Positions 37,860 through 50,670 are shown, counted from the stretch's first letter. The stretch is 64,000 nucleotides of DNA from Eremomyces bilateralis CBS 781.70 (GCA_010015585.1 ML975151.1), one strand, 5' to 3'. Program-made: numbers and translations. Notes: generated by a model not told the origin, from the sequence alone.

Positions 37860-40800
37860 TCACATGAAAAACGACCGTTCCATAAGTTTCAAACCCTCGT
37901 CTATTATGCTGCAAGGGAGTTAGCGAGGGAGTCGAATTTAGAACCCAAAGACTCACATTATCGGCGCACTAATGCCCACCACTGCTTTCCACTCGGCCAA
38001 GTCGAGCGGAACGATGCCGAAGAGCCCCTGGAGGAATGGTGTATACAATAGCGCAAAATGGAGCGCCATCGACAGAGTGATGGCATAGACCAACATCATG
38101 TTCTTCCAAAGAGGGAGGGTGAGAAGCGACTCCGATGATGACAAGGCATTCACCGCGTTGAACATCTCGATCACAACCAAAATTGAAAGGGACATGGTCG
38201 ACGCGGATTTAGCAGGACCGGACATGAACATATCGCAACCGATCTCCGGAAACGCTGTTGAGCAGCGATGGAAGTTTGTCTACATAGTCAGCGTTTTGAA
38301 GATTTGGAAGGGAAATATCACGCACCAGTTGATGAAATGATATCTGGGGGCCTGCTGGGTTGTACATGAACCACCATGCATATCCAAAAACAGTCGCCAC
38401 TCCGACATAGCTGCCGATCACGAGGTATCGGAAGAACAGCCAGCCGCTAATAAGCGGCTCATCCCGTTTCCGAGGAGCTCGTTTCATCACATCGTGATCT
38501 TTCGGGTTGAAGCTCAAGGCCGTTGCTGGCAAGCCATCGGTGACAAGGTTCACCCATAGAAGCTGGACCGGGATCAAAGCTTCGGGCATGCCCAATGCCG
38601 CCGTGATGAAGATGGAGACGACTTCACCAATATTTGAGCTAATCAAATATCGAATGAACTGCTGAGTGTTGTTGAAAATGGCCCGACCTTCTTCGACTGC
38701 TGCCTCGATCGTGGCAAAATTGTCGTCCGCGAGTACCATGTCTGCTGCCAGGCGCGCGACATCAGTCCCACTACCCATCGCGACCCCAATGTCCGCCTTC
38801 TTGAGTGCTGGGGCATCGTTGACACCATCACCCGTCATGGCAACCACTTCCCCGGCAGATTGGAGGAGATCAACCAGCTTGGATTTGTGTGCCGGTTCCG
38901 TTCGGGAGAACAAGGACGCACGTTTGGCAGCTATGAGCTGTTCATCCTCAGATAGATCATCAAATTCTCGTCCTGTGTACGATTTCCCTTGGAGATCTTC
39001 AGCTTCCCCGAAGATCCCGATCTGTCGGCATATCGTCTCCGCGGTATTTTGGTTGTCGCCTGTAATAACCACCACACGAATCCCGGCGTCCCTGCATTTT
39101 TGAATGGAGGCTTTGACTTCAGGTCGTGGAGGATCTAACATTCCGACTAGGCCGATCAGTGTCATTCCCTGTTCCAACTGCGAGTACTCCTTGGTGGTCT
39201 TTGCGGACTTGGTCAAAGGATTCGAGCCCACATCGTCTACCATAGCCACAGCGATGACCCGTAACCCTCGGTTTCCGTATTCGACAATCTCAGAGGTAAT
39301 AAGCTTTGCCACCGTCGCATCCAAAGGGGCAATGGTGCCATCGTGCCCTCGGAACACTGACGTACATCGCTCGAGAATCGACTCCGGGGCTCCTTTGACC
39401 AGCAGACGCTGCTTTTTCCCACCGTTCACAAGAACCGACATGCTTTTCCGGTCACGAGAGAACTCGTAGGTGGCCAGTCTCGAAGCGTGTTGCTCGTAAT
39501 ATTTGCTGTGATAGTGAATCCGTCCTTCCGCCGATACCGATGCTCGTCGTTCGTTGTACTTGGTGTCGGGAGATCCAATCTTCTCGGCCAGAACCCGGAG
39601 AGCTCCTTCGGTTGGTTCGCCAACAATCCCGTACGTTCCCGATCGAGATTCGTACGAAACCATCGCATCATTGCACAAGGCGATCGCCTCGGCCAGTTGC
39701 GCCAAGGTTGAGGACGCTGCAGGGTGAGTGATTTGCTTCCCTCCACGTCTGAGTGCGCCCTCCGGTGCAAAGCTGGTTCCTTCCACATCGATTTCGTCGA
39801 GACTTCGGCCGTTTGCACTGACATAGACCACTTTATTCACACTCATTTGGTTCGTCGTGAGTGTGCCCGTCTTGTCGGAACAGATGACACTGCAGCTTCC
39901 AAGAGTTTCGACACTTGGAAGCGATCGCACAACAGCATTCTTCGCTGCCATTTTGCGGGTTCCTAGGGCAAGACATGTCGTGATTACGACCGCCAGACCC
40001 TCCGGAATAGCCGCCACTCCAAGGGACACCGCAATCTGTTGTTCAAGTTAGCGTGATCACAAGAGAGGCAATATAAGACCCACCTTGAGATAATAAATCG
40101 CACCCTTGGTCCATCCACCATGACTGGGGTCGTTGAAATGTCGGATGTTGATTAGCCAAACCAAGATGCAAATCACGGTGATGACCTTTGCTAGCATGTC
40201 CCCGAAATCGTTCAGCTTTTCCTTGAGAGGTGTTGGTTGGCTGATTTGAGCGGTAATGCTTTCGTGGATGTCCCCGATGGCTGTATTTGACCCGGTCAGG
40301 ACCACGATTGCAGTCGCATGTCCCGTTGAGATTGTTGTGCCCGAGAAAAGCATGTTGACTTGGTCCTGTTTAACAGCGTTCGAGTCTTTGATGACAACAT
40401 TGATTTTCGAGACCGATTCCGATTCTCCAGTGAGGATCGATTGATCGACGGAAAATGCGTTAGAGTGGACGGCTAAAAGGCGACAATCGGCTGGAATGCG
40501 ATCCCCAACAGCCACGGAAACAATATCGCCCGGCACGAGATCCTCAGCGCGAATGCGGTGCGGTGTGCCACTACGAATCACCTTCGCTTCGTTGGCAGAG
40601 TATTCCTGAAGTGCAGCGATTGCCTTTTCCGCAGAAGACTCCTGCGATACGCCGACGATCGCGTTCAAAATCAAGATGGTCAAGATCTAATGAATAGCCG
40701 TCAGTCCGATCCGTCCAATATACGCGACAGTGGGCAAACTCACTACAACGGGATCAACGAAAGCGGTCCAATCGCCATCTTCCTCGAATAGTGCGAGCAC

Positions 40801-41117
40801 GAACGAGACGGCCGCACTACCCAGCAAAATCAGGACCAATTGATCTTTGAATTGTTCCAATATAAGCTCCCAGAGAGGGGTCGGCGGATCTTCAGGAAGA
40901 GCTGCGATAAAAGTTAACTCTATTCCGAGATCAGTTCCCGTCCTCACGTACCATTTCTTCCATATTTCTTCCGTTGTTGATCCACCTGCACGTCCGATAA
41001 CCCCTGATGCTGGTCTACCCCAAGCTGCTTCAACACTGCGGCCGAGCTTTTGGCATAGGCCTTCTCAAGATCGAACCCGGCGTTTCCGTTCATGTGGGCG
41101 GTTTTCTGGACATCCAT
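37860..41117 (-). CDS. SERCA-type P2A Ca2+-ATPase (Nca-1-like)
   Basis: [71 protein letters not shown]. Several introns; ATG at 41117; last exon [15 protein letters not shown]. Confidence 0.95.
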
Positions 41118-41520
41118 TGCGACGAAACCGAGGGCGGGGATTGAATTGACGGGTAAGCTCGCAAGCCTGAATCACACGAAGAGCCTCTATCGTGTTGGCC
41201 ACTGCATCGATCAGGGCAGTTCTTATCAATGTGGGTGGAGGAACCGATTTTGTAGGCGGTCGGTTCAAGTGGACACGTAATGAACGCGGTTTAACGATGG
41301 CTTCGTCGGTGCTTTGGGGCGACGTGGAATGGACGGAACAAAGGTCGAAAAGTCCAAGCGAACAAGTAATGATAGAACGCGGAACTGGATTTGAACTAAG
41401 TATCAAGGTGATGTGTCCTTACTCTAGAAATAATCCACAGCTTCAGTTCCTGCGTGACAGGGGATCGGATTGGACTTTGGAGGGACATGTGGCTCAGGCG
41501 GGGGATGTGGCTGAACATTC

Positions 41521-41575
41521 CTCCCGCCTCCCCGCCTCCCCGCCTCCCCGCCTCCAGTCCGCTCCGCTCCGCTCC
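41521..41575. repeat. GC-rich tandem repeats (CCCGCCTC)x4 and (GCTCC)x3 upstream of the SERCA gene
   Basis: Seen directly. Confidence 0.85.
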
Positions 41576-41879
41576 CTATCACTGCACTCCACCGCAGTCC
41601 GGCCACTCCAGTTCCCCCTGCCTTGATAGTCGCCCTGAAGGTCCCGCGGACTACTGTCAAATATGATAGATCCCTAATGAAGCTACTGCCGGGTGACTAG
41701 TTGACCATTATGATATTCTTCGTTCATGTCCAGCTATTTGTATGTTAAATCGCTATTATGTTCATTGTTTCCAACCCCTTAGCAGGCTCCCGTGCTCGAC
41801 CCGATCGTTCCTCCTTGCGCCTCGCTATGCTATAAGAAAGGAATACCGAAAATCTGACTAAATTTCTCCCCAGGACTTT

Positions 41880-44800
41880 TCAATTAGCATCTGCTGCGCA
41901 ATGTCCAATGATCAACCGCTCCAAGTCTACCAGCTTGTACGGTTTCATCATAAATCCTTTCATACCACTCTTGAGGGCGCGATCGACAGCACCATCAGTG
42001 ACATCGGCTGTGACAGCCAGGATGGTTGGCTGAAGGTTTGCAGACATGTCTCTATCCGGTCCATTCCCTGGAGAATCCCTATGCTCCTCGTCACCGCAAC
42101 ACGTCTCCTTGGCTGGTCTTGGTCGGATACCTAAAATCCTCTCCGCCGCCTCGTACCCGTCCATAAAAGGCATCCAAAGGTCCATCAAGATAACATCGAT
42201 CCCTTGATGTGACTCGCTCTCTCCTCGTCGCCGGTGTGCGCACCAGACTCGGACGGCCTCGGCTCCATCATACGCTTCGTAAATCGAGGACGCGGGATAT
42301 CCCAGCTTCCTCAGCATCGATACAAGCAACCTGCGATTGATTGGATTGTCTTCGACAACCAAGAATGTGAGTGGATGTTTCGCTGCCAACTTTCGGTCAT
42401 GGGGTGGAGCATTCGGCATCACATATGATCCAAAGTCAGGCAAGCGTGGTCGGCTCGGTAGCCGTTCCGAGGCGGGATTTGCACCGTCGAATGTAGGCTT
42501 GCCGCTCCTCTCCGCTGGTTCAAAAGCCGCGTTAGGTTTCGTTCTGGTATCGACGAATGGATTGGAGGTCGGAGGAGCCTGACCCAAGGACGATGAGGTA
42601 GTAGGAAAGCTTGGTGATTGGGCGTTCGCGATGCCGGGACTCCCGGACTTCCTGGGTTGATCGATGTCGCTGCTTGATCCACGACCGTTTGCACTAGGAG
42701 CCGGACTTCCATATCGACTAGAGGGCCGGCTGTCCACGGCGGAAGAGTACACATATTCCGCGCTATTGGTCAATGGGATCCGGATTTCAAACTCGGAACC
42801 TCGGGAGGGACCATCCGTATCGGCTCTGATACAGAAAATATCACCACCAAGGCGTCGTGCGATGCCTTTCGCGACCAATAAGCCCAATCCTAGTCCTTCA
42901 GATTGCCTCGTTAGACCATCATCTTCTCTTGCAAAGGCCTTGAATAGTTGCGGTAAGAATGCAGGAGGGATTCCTGGACCGGTATCTGTGACGACGATGA
43001 CTAGATATCTGCCTAGAATCCTCGGGCGAGACAAAGGCGTGCCGTCTGCAGCAATCGAACCCACATCCCAGGGTTTTATCGGGCTCAATCCACAGCGGAT
43101 CCATATTGTGCCCGCATTGGTGAATTTTACCGCATTGAGGACCACGTTCCCGATCAATTTGCTCAGATCTTTCTCGTCCCCAGCCACAATTTCGGGAACG
43201 TCATCATCCACACTCCATTCCACAGACTTGATCCTCTCCTCGCCGCTCGGTGCGATAGTTCTCACTTCAATAATCTCACCATTACCGTTCGGTGTCGCAA
43301 CTGCCGAGTGCGGACGGCCGCCAACTCGTAACGTATCGTTCACAACGAATTGTAATAAGGGTCGGATGGCTGTTTCGCGAGATACACCAGGTCCGGAGCT
43401 ACTTCCAGCTTTGGAGTGCAGTGCCAGTTCGTATCCGTCGTCTGGGGAACGACGGTGTGGAGCACTCAATGGAGCACTCAAAGGAGCATCATCTGGACTT
43501 TGATCTTCTGGTGTGCTGCCCTGTCCGCGGGAGTTGCGAGAAACAGCAGTCATTGCTACCTTCGCAGGGACTGGAGTGGAAGGGGTCGGGTGACCAAGAC
43601 TATCGAAACGACGTTTTTGGCCACGTGATGGTGAGAGATCGGAGACACCGGTGGAGGTTTGGGGTTTTGTTTCCGATGCTTCCGCCATAGAGAAACCGGC
43701 ATCCAGATAATCCTTTGGATGACTCTGACCGGGATGATATACCCCCTGTGGCGTATCCGGAAGACCCATGTTGAGATCATAGGCATGTACGACGTTGTCC
43801 GCAGCCTCCACAGCACGTCGGGAAGAATCCATTACCACTTCGATGTCGGACTTGAGACGGTCAAATACCTGTCTGACAAGGGATTCCTTTTCGGTCGACC
43901 CGAGTCCTTCGGAGGCTTCTTGCATCGTTGCGTACATCACGTCAAGCATACCAACGACTCCCTGCATCGGGGTACGAAGTTCATGGGATAAGCTCCTCGC
44001 ATACGGCTTGAGGCTTTGCGTTTCCGAGACGGCAACATCCTGTGAATCCAGTTTGCCGGCAAACAATGCCGGGGTCGGGAAGTTTGGAGCATCCGGTGTC
44101 GAGCTGGAAGTTGGTGCCTTGGTCGACAGCGACGTATGCGACTCGGATGTTACGCAGATTCCAGTGCTCGATTGCGTCCGAGATCGCAGTTTCAATTCTT
44201 CCGCCAAGCTCTCTTCCTTTCCGAACCCGTGCTCAGTCAGACGGGTTTGCACCAGGTCTTCGAGACTGCGCAAGCACGCTTCAAGGAGAGGCCAGCTTAA
44301 GTCTTTGACACGCGATTGAAGCAACCCACTCTTTGTCCACATTACACCGAAATGCCCAACGCATTTACCGTCGGTCCAAAGTGGCACCGTCATATATGCC
44401 TCGCCCGGGCCTGCCATGAAATTGGACCGGTTCGGGTTTGCCTCGTGGGGATAAATTCCGGATAACGAATGAGGGATGACCAATGCTCGATCATGCCGCA
44501 TGGAGGCACAGGGACATGAGTGTGCTACGTATTGAACGTCCTCGACCTTTCCGTCAGGTAGGGAAGCCGCCGCAGACGGAGTGGTATGAAATGCTACAGC
44601 TTGGTAGCAAGACCCTAGTGTTCCAAGCGGTGGCATTTCCACAGTTCTGGTGGGATCGTGTGGGAGCAGACGCTTTGATACGAACGCATACTGCGCGCCC
44701 ATAAGATTTGTTAATCCTGTGGTGAGTGCCGCCCAGAATTCGTGATGGGTCATTCGGCTCAAGGAGAGCTTCAACAGGCTCAAACACTCCAGAATATTGG

Positions 44801-45086
44801 ACTCGGCCGGCGTGGATACGGCATGGAGAAGTGACGGTGTGGTCGGAAGTTCAGGATCGGTTATGGGTCGATCGGTAATCGACGGAGGAAGAACGTTGAG
44901 CGTCATTCTCGGGAGAAACCTTGGAGGTTCTCCTTGCGATTCCTCTGCAGCCATCACTCCACCCTCCCTCCAACTAGAAAGCTTCCCTCCGCCAGACTGG
45001 ATAGTCCTGCCGTGGGAAGGATCAGGCAGTCCGTCGGTTGATAGAATCGGGGGACACGATTGAGAGCGGTCGATATTTGATACCAT
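41880..45086 (-). CDS. Hybrid sensor histidine kinase (GAF-like, HisKA, HATPase, receiver), intronless
   Basis: H-box SLSHELRTPMQG, N-box GNVVLNAVKFT, G1 DTGPGI, G2 GLGLGL, receiver VEDNPINR / ILMDLWMPFMDG / MKPY. First in-frame ATG at 45086, alternative at 44954. Confidence 0.93.
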   Translation of the reverse strand: MVSNIDRSQSCPPILSTDGLPDPSHGRTIQSGGGKLSSWREGGVMAAEESQGEPPRFLPRMTLNVLPPSITDRPITDPELPTTPSLLHAVSTPAESNILECLSLLKLSLSRMTHHEFWAALTTGLTNLMGAQYAFVSKRLLPHDPTRTVEMPPLGTLGSCYQAVAFHTTPSAAASLPDGKVEDVQYVAHSCPCASMRHDRALVIPHSLSGIYPHEANPNRSNFMAGPGEAYMTVPLWTDGKCVGHFGVMWTKSGLLQSRVKDLSWPLLEACLRSLEDLVQTRLTEHGFGKEESLAEELKLRSRTQSSTGICVTSESHTSLSTKAPTSSSTPDAPNFPTPALFAGKLDSQDVAVSETQSLKPYARSLSHELRTPMQGVVGMLDVMYATMQEASEGLGSTEKESLVRQVFDRLKSDIEVVMDSSRRAVEAADNVVHAYDLNMGLPDTPQGVYHPGQSHPKDYLDAGFSMAEASETKPQTSTGVSDLSPSRGQKRRFDSLGHPTPSTPVPAKVAMTAVSRNSRGQGSTPEDQSPDDAPLSAPLSAPHRRSPDDGYELALHSKAGSSSGPGVSRETAIRPLLQFVVNDTLRVGGRPHSAVATPNGNGEIIEVRTIAPSGEERIKSVEWSVDDDVPEIVAGDEKDLSKLIGNVVLNAVKFTNAGTIWIRCGLSPIKPWDVGSIAADGTPLSRPRILGRYLVIVVTDTGPGIPPAFLPQLFKAFAREDDGLTRQSEGLGLGLLVAKGIARRLGGDIFCIRADTDGPSRGSEFEIRIPLTNSAEYVYSSAVDSRPSSRYGSPAPSANGRGSSSDIDQPRKSGSPGIANAQSPSFPTTSSSLGQAPPTSNPFVDTRTKPNAAFEPAERSGKPTFDGANPASERLPSRPRLPDFGSYVMPNAPPHDRKLAAKHPLTFLVVEDNPINRRLLVSMLRKLGYPASSIYEAYDGAEAVRVWCAHRRRGESESHQGIDVILMDLWMPFMDGYEAAERILGIRPRPAKETCCGDEEHRDSPGNGPDRDMSANLQPTILAVTADVTDGAVDRALKSGMKGFMMKPYKLVDLERLIIGHCAADAN

Positions 45087-46596
45087 GTAGCGTGGGTTTG
45101 AGTAATCCGTCCAAGTCGGTATAAGAAGTTCGGACCATGAATGTGCAACGACGACCGAGACGGAAGTTACGGTACCTGGATTGGAATGACCAAGACGGAT
45201 CAGCGAGCATACCGATCGGGTCGAGTGTCGACGTCTAAACAACGTAGTCCCGCGAAGGAGAGAGGAATTATTTCTAGGTGATCCGAAGCAACGAAGCGAG
45301 GAGAAGAAGTCGTGGTTGAGGGGACACAATCCACCCGCAAAATGAAGTCGTGAGGGGAGTCCAGGTGAATTCGGGATCGGCGCCAGCCAGCGGATCCACA
45401 CGGTCTGGAGCGTGCCTAAAGCAGTTAGCGGATGGATGATCTTAAACTTACGCACGATTGCACGAAAGACCAACCGACTTGGTTCTCAGTTTCTCAGCTT
45501 CTAGAGTCGGATGGAGATGGACGAAGAGGGATTTAGAGTTGCACGGGGATTTCTAGACGGTCCAAGTTTCAACCCTCCAAGACGGAAAAGAATGGGATAG
45601 AATTGATCTAGAACCAGTCAGGAGATGCCGAAAAGACCCAGGTCAGGTCTGGAGGGATGATAACGACCCTGACCGGCATAATTGCATGGAGGGAATCTGA
45701 TGATGAGATGGGCATGGGACATTGGGACAGGCAGATGCTAGCGGATTGCGGCATCCCGTGGTGCCCCGTGGCATCAGATTGCTACCTGTATCTCTACCAT
45801 GGATTAAACAGCGGTACGAGAAGCCTGGCGTGGTGCTTCTGTACTCTGTTCATTCTTAATGGTTGAGTCTATCGGTGTCACTCGACGGGAGGTGTGCCGT
45901 GAGGCGGGCGTTATTCGGTGGGCGCTGCCGGTGCGGAACTGCGGATGTTACGTGGAATTCGGTTGGTGGAAACCCAAAGACTGGGGGCTGGCCGGCTGGG
46001 AGGGTTTGACTGTCGGTAGTAATTCTAGACGGGATTAGCGCCTTTCGGTAGTAGTCTAGACTGGCCGATGATGCCTCCAGCCGCTTTGTCCCTCCTAGAA
46101 AGTAGAAGCTCCCCAAAAACAACCCATCCCCGCCAGCCATACCCGTTTCTTTGGCTTTCGATCATCGATTCAGTCATCAGTGTCTGGGGGTTTAGACCGT
46201 TGCGGTTTGACAGGTCAAAGGCTTAAAGCCCGATGTCTCACGGCATCCGGGGTGGAAGAAATTGATTACTTTTTGTCTACTAAATCGGAGAATCGTACCG
46301 GCTTCCTAAATGCAAAGGAATATAAAGGGGAACAGGAACTCTGTCTTTCGAAAGGCAATAAGAGACGAAAGGAAGCAAGGATTAAGAGTTCTTTACGCCG
46401 TGGGGGTATAATACTTCAGGACCATCAATTTCTCCCTCTCGACACGGCCTAATTCTTGCACCTCCTACGTACGGAATACTTCATGAACGCTTAACCATCA
46501 AATCTGTTACCATCGCTAGAGCCTTGTCATTCCGTTTCCTGCATTCTCACGATGTCCTTCTCCCTGACTGTACTCGCTGCGCCCGATGTCGAGACG

Positions 46597-47717
46597 TCAA
46601 GAAGGCAGCATCAAAGCCGACGGAGCATTCCCAACAGGTGAACTTTCGGAACTTCCACCGCCCGTGTACATCATCCTCGTGATTCTACAACTCGGTGGGT
46701 GTGAGACACTCCATGTTACAGTGTGGACAGATCCATTTTCGTTCAGTATACCTTGGAGATGATGATAGAGCTGTCTAGGATTGCCAAACGGCTCCGTACA
46801 TCCTGGCAATTCAGAGTTGATGGTATTTCCGGTGCGCTTGGCAGCCATGACGTTCAAGGAGTACTCGTTGTCTGGGAGTCCAGTCAGACATTCGGGTTCC
46901 AACTCGCACTAGCAGACTTGTCCACGATGACAAGGTTGTCTGGATATATTCTGTCCATGGGTTTCCAGACAAATATGCGCCAGATTGCCGCAGCCTTCTC
47001 GTCCACATAAGCGTGAATATTCGAAATTTCCCATTGACAATTGATGTCACTGATGTGCTGAGACACTCCCAAATTCAAGGCAGAATATTACTAGTTACCC
47101 GTGGAATTAACTTCCGCTCCGTAACACCCTATACACCACAGAAGAAAGTGATGGAGGTAAAGTTCGAGAATCCGGAAAACAGGCAGGCGTTGTCCGGAAA
47201 GACAACCCCCAAAGCGTCGTTCGAGAGCTGTGGCCAGGGAATTGCGAGTTTCACTATGGTAAGGCAGTAAGTTGGCCTCGAATTCTTGCATGCATTCCCA
47301 TGACCAGCATAGGATGGCCTCCCGGGATTTCATTGCATCAATGCAATGCGGGAATGTGGGTTGTGCGGATGGCACATCCTCCGGAAATCTTGCCTGGGTG
47401 ACTATTGTTATTCCTACTGTTATCCATATTGTTCCTCTTACTAGGGATAGATGCTCACTACCTTCAGGTATATCTAAGTATTGTTGCGCCCCAAACAGAA
47501 GGTCATCCATTAGGCTTGGGAGTTCGAAGTCTATCTAGTCCTCCGGTACCAGCGTTGGAGATCTAGCTGCTGCAGTGGGCGGTGGAACAAGCGTCGTGGC
47601 CGTGGGATTCGGATTCGGAATTGGCCTCTCGTCTTTGCCGTTCGATGATGAAACGGCGGATGCAGCTGTCTGTGACTTGGACTTCTCCCCTCTCGGGTTG
47701 ATGTAAGTTCTATACAA
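46597..47717 (-). pseudogene. Possible degenerate gene relic of unknown family
   Basis: ORFs 47717..47535, 47510..47091 and 47078..46884 lie in one frame, separated only by TAG or TAG-TAA stops. A half C2H2-like string PGCTEPFGNPRQLYHH follows in another frame. Confidence 0.4.
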
Positions 47718-48233
47718 TACTAGAAAATACCTCTATCGCGCTTTAAGCTAGGCGAAACATTGACTTCGATGGATAGAGAAGAAGGGAATGATTGATTGAA
47801 ATAAGGAATCCGAATGCCGAAGTACAATATTCGAGTATGCCGTGCGAGGGTCACTCCTTTCTCCTCATCCATTTGCCACCACAAGTGGCGTTTGCATCCT
47901 CATGAACATTCATAATCACTCGGGCTTTGCAATGGTGGTTTGCTCCGGGAGACAATCATCACCCAAGCTCAATCTCGATTGGTTGACACTGACAGCAGAC
48001 AGACATGAAGTCCGATGCAAAAACATACTAATACATTATCGATCCTTGACAACATGCAACCGCTGGTAAGCAAGCCCTGGAACCACATGCCCCATCAACG
48101 CCGACTAGAAACCAAGCCGCAGCCACTCCTCGATATCTCTCTGAAAGAACTTACTATCGGTGCACGATATGATCGGATGAAGAACCCGAATGACCTGGAT
48201 GGAGAAACAAGATAAACGATTCATCCTCATAGC

Positions 48234-49402
48234 TCACTGGATTTTCTTGTAGCCACTCGGGCCCATCTCTTTGCTAAATGCGAAGTATGAAACCTGCAGG
48301 CCCGAAAGGGCAGAAATTGCGATGTAGAGGACGAGCAACAAGAGAATGCTGACAATAAGGGTCATAAAGATTGCTGTTGAACAGGATCTGTCAGTGGATG
48401 ACGACGAAATGGCTTCGATGACTCCTTACCAGGACTGAAAAATTGATATCGCTCGAATAGTCCGCCTTCAGGGAGGGTGCCCTCTGAATCGTGAGCAGAA
48501 ACATCCCGCCTCAAATCCTCGTGGAGCACGGATGCGAAAGGATCATCCATCTCATATGTCGGGGAGAGATTCTCTTGGGATGGGACGTAGGATGCCGGAG
48601 GGGGAGTTGTCGTGTATAAAAGTGTGAGGGATTGGTTTTCGAATGTGGAAAGCAGGGAATGTAAGAAGGAGTCTGCCGGCGTCAGTTTACATCCATAAGG
48701 ATTTGAATTTCATGACTGACCATAAGATGAAAGCTTGCCTGCTCGGAATTCATCGACGGGGAGCATGGGAAACTCCGCTTTAATGACACGAGGCAGCTCA
48801 CTTTGGCTCGGAGAGATGTAGGCTGTACCAGTGTCAATCATGTTGCACATGCCTAGGGGATGAACCTTGGACGCAACCGACCATTTACATCAATATCATC
48901 AATTCGAGCATGGCATTTCTGAGATAACCACTGTGCTAGCTCGTTGACATCTACGCTTCCGAGAACATTGGGTATAGTCGCTGAAGACCGAACTCGATCC
49001 GTATCTTTCTGAAGGAGCTTTCGGAGGTGAGGGGTCGCATCACCGTCGGTAAAGTCTAAAGGAGATGTACCGGGCTGGCTGATCAGGATATATGTATCGG
49101 ATGGACAGGTTGAGAGCACGTCTTTGGTGGACGAGAGGACCGATGAGCCGGACTGGAGGGGGATACTGTCCAGAGAAGATACAGGTATCCTTTGTCAAAT
49201 GTTAGCTCGTTTACATAGATAAATGCGGTGGCTGATCATGAGAGATAAGGCATCGTACAGCGTACCCGACCCGTGTCAGTGAGGTGAGAACTTACTGGTT
49301 GGTAGAGAGGAGGAAGAAAGGTGAGGTGTTCTGGAATGACGCAGCCAAAGGTAGGGTCATCGCAAGAAGCGAAAGCCGTTGGAGCGCCATAACTGCAACC
49401 AT
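48234..49402 (-). CDS. ER membrane protein Big1/Voa1 (V-ATPase Ac45-like assembly factor)
   Basis: Signal peptide plus FQNTSPFFLLST, CPSDTYILISQPG, GLFERYQFFSP|AIFM, one TM helix, LQVSY.AF.KEMGP..KKIQ* (dilysine ER retrieval); several introns. Confidence 0.85.
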
Positions 49403-50021
49403 AGGCACGGAGGTTGATATGCGCAGGAACCTTCACTGTATGGTACGCCGTTCAAGGCGGAGGTCTTTACAAAATCAATCGTGTTGTCCGGTCTCTGTTG
49501 ATGGATCGGAGAGCTTAGAGCTTCGATGTTGAAGCAGTTGGACAGATCACGTGACCTGAATTTCAGGCAGATGTGTAACAACAGTAATCACCATGAATCC
49601 GATCGAGTCCGATCTAATGACATCTAGTGTCAACTGGGAGGATGCGATTCAGTTACGTGGAATTGAACCAGCAGCGAAGGACTGGAGTACATCAACTCCG
49701 CAGTATGAATTCCCAATGTTTTAGACATGATATATTTATCTATAGTACAGTAAAGTCATCCTCCACAATGACCAACCACCCGGACAATGCCGATTGCCTA
49801 GATCTATCCCGGATAAAACATGCTGTACAGTGGATGCTCATGATATCTCATTGGTTGCATGGCATAAGCCGCCCTGGTTTGGTGTTATTGGAGACATCCG
49901 CAACCATTTCGGGGAAGGTGCCATCCATCAACGTTCAAGAACTAGATCATGGCGTGCAGTCACGCTTAGGGAGGATGCTCGTTGCGTGAGGTCGGGGACA
50001 TAAGCAAGAAATACGAAAGGC

Positions 50022-50670
50022 TCATTTCGGCCATTTCTTCCAGCCTCTGCCATGTCCCAGCTGCGTCCTGTCAGTATTCTGCGGCAGCGAATCGAATTGA
50101 AATAAGACTCACCCTTTTCCATTCCTCGATCATCGCCGGCATACCGAGCATTGCCTGTCTCCGCTCCTCGAGACGAGATGATAAGGTTCTCTCCCACTTG
50201 TGACCCTTCACGCGCTTTCCTGGTCCAGCGTTTCTCAATCGCAGCCCTTGTTCGATTAACTTTTTCTCCTTGAACCATGTTGCCTTTTTGCTCGCCCATA
50301 ACAGCTCCTCCACGCCATGATCTGCTGCCATTTTACACAGCTCCCGCTGTTGCCGCATCGAGTACACCGGTGGACGCCATCGTCCTGTGGAGGGATGCCG
50401 CCATGGCTCGAATGGATTGCGATTGACGGTCGTGTCTGATGCAGTAAGGATTTGCGAAACCGGGGGAGTCGAAGCATCCGTGTCGCTTGTTCCCAAATCT
50501 GAGGGGGTCGAGTCTGTTGAAGCCGGCGAGGAAGAATCAAGGCCAGGAGATGACTTCGGGGCGGCGGACTGAAGGGCTGGCGAAGGCCATCGAGCGAGAA
50601 AGCGGACCAGCGGTACAGGTAATGATTTGGCTCTATTGATGAGAGCGGATCCAACTACTTCCGCAGCCAT
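50022..50670 (-). CDS. MRPL25: Mitochondrial large-subunit ribosomal protein mL59
   Basis: LP..LVRFLARWP, NPFEPWRHPSTGRWRPPVYSMRQQ..L.K.A..HGVEELL, VKGHKWER, MP.MIEEWKR|LGHGRGWKKWPK*. Confidence 0.9.

Noticed and set aside
42664..44319. Long plus-strand ORFs (279 aa, 174 aa)
   Set aside because: They are antisense shadows of the histidine kinase coding sequence.
45087..45473. 129-codon open in-frame extension (TTG start) of the histidine kinase
   Set aside because: The composition looks like UTR and there is no motif; non-AUG initiation cannot be supported without ribosome profiling.
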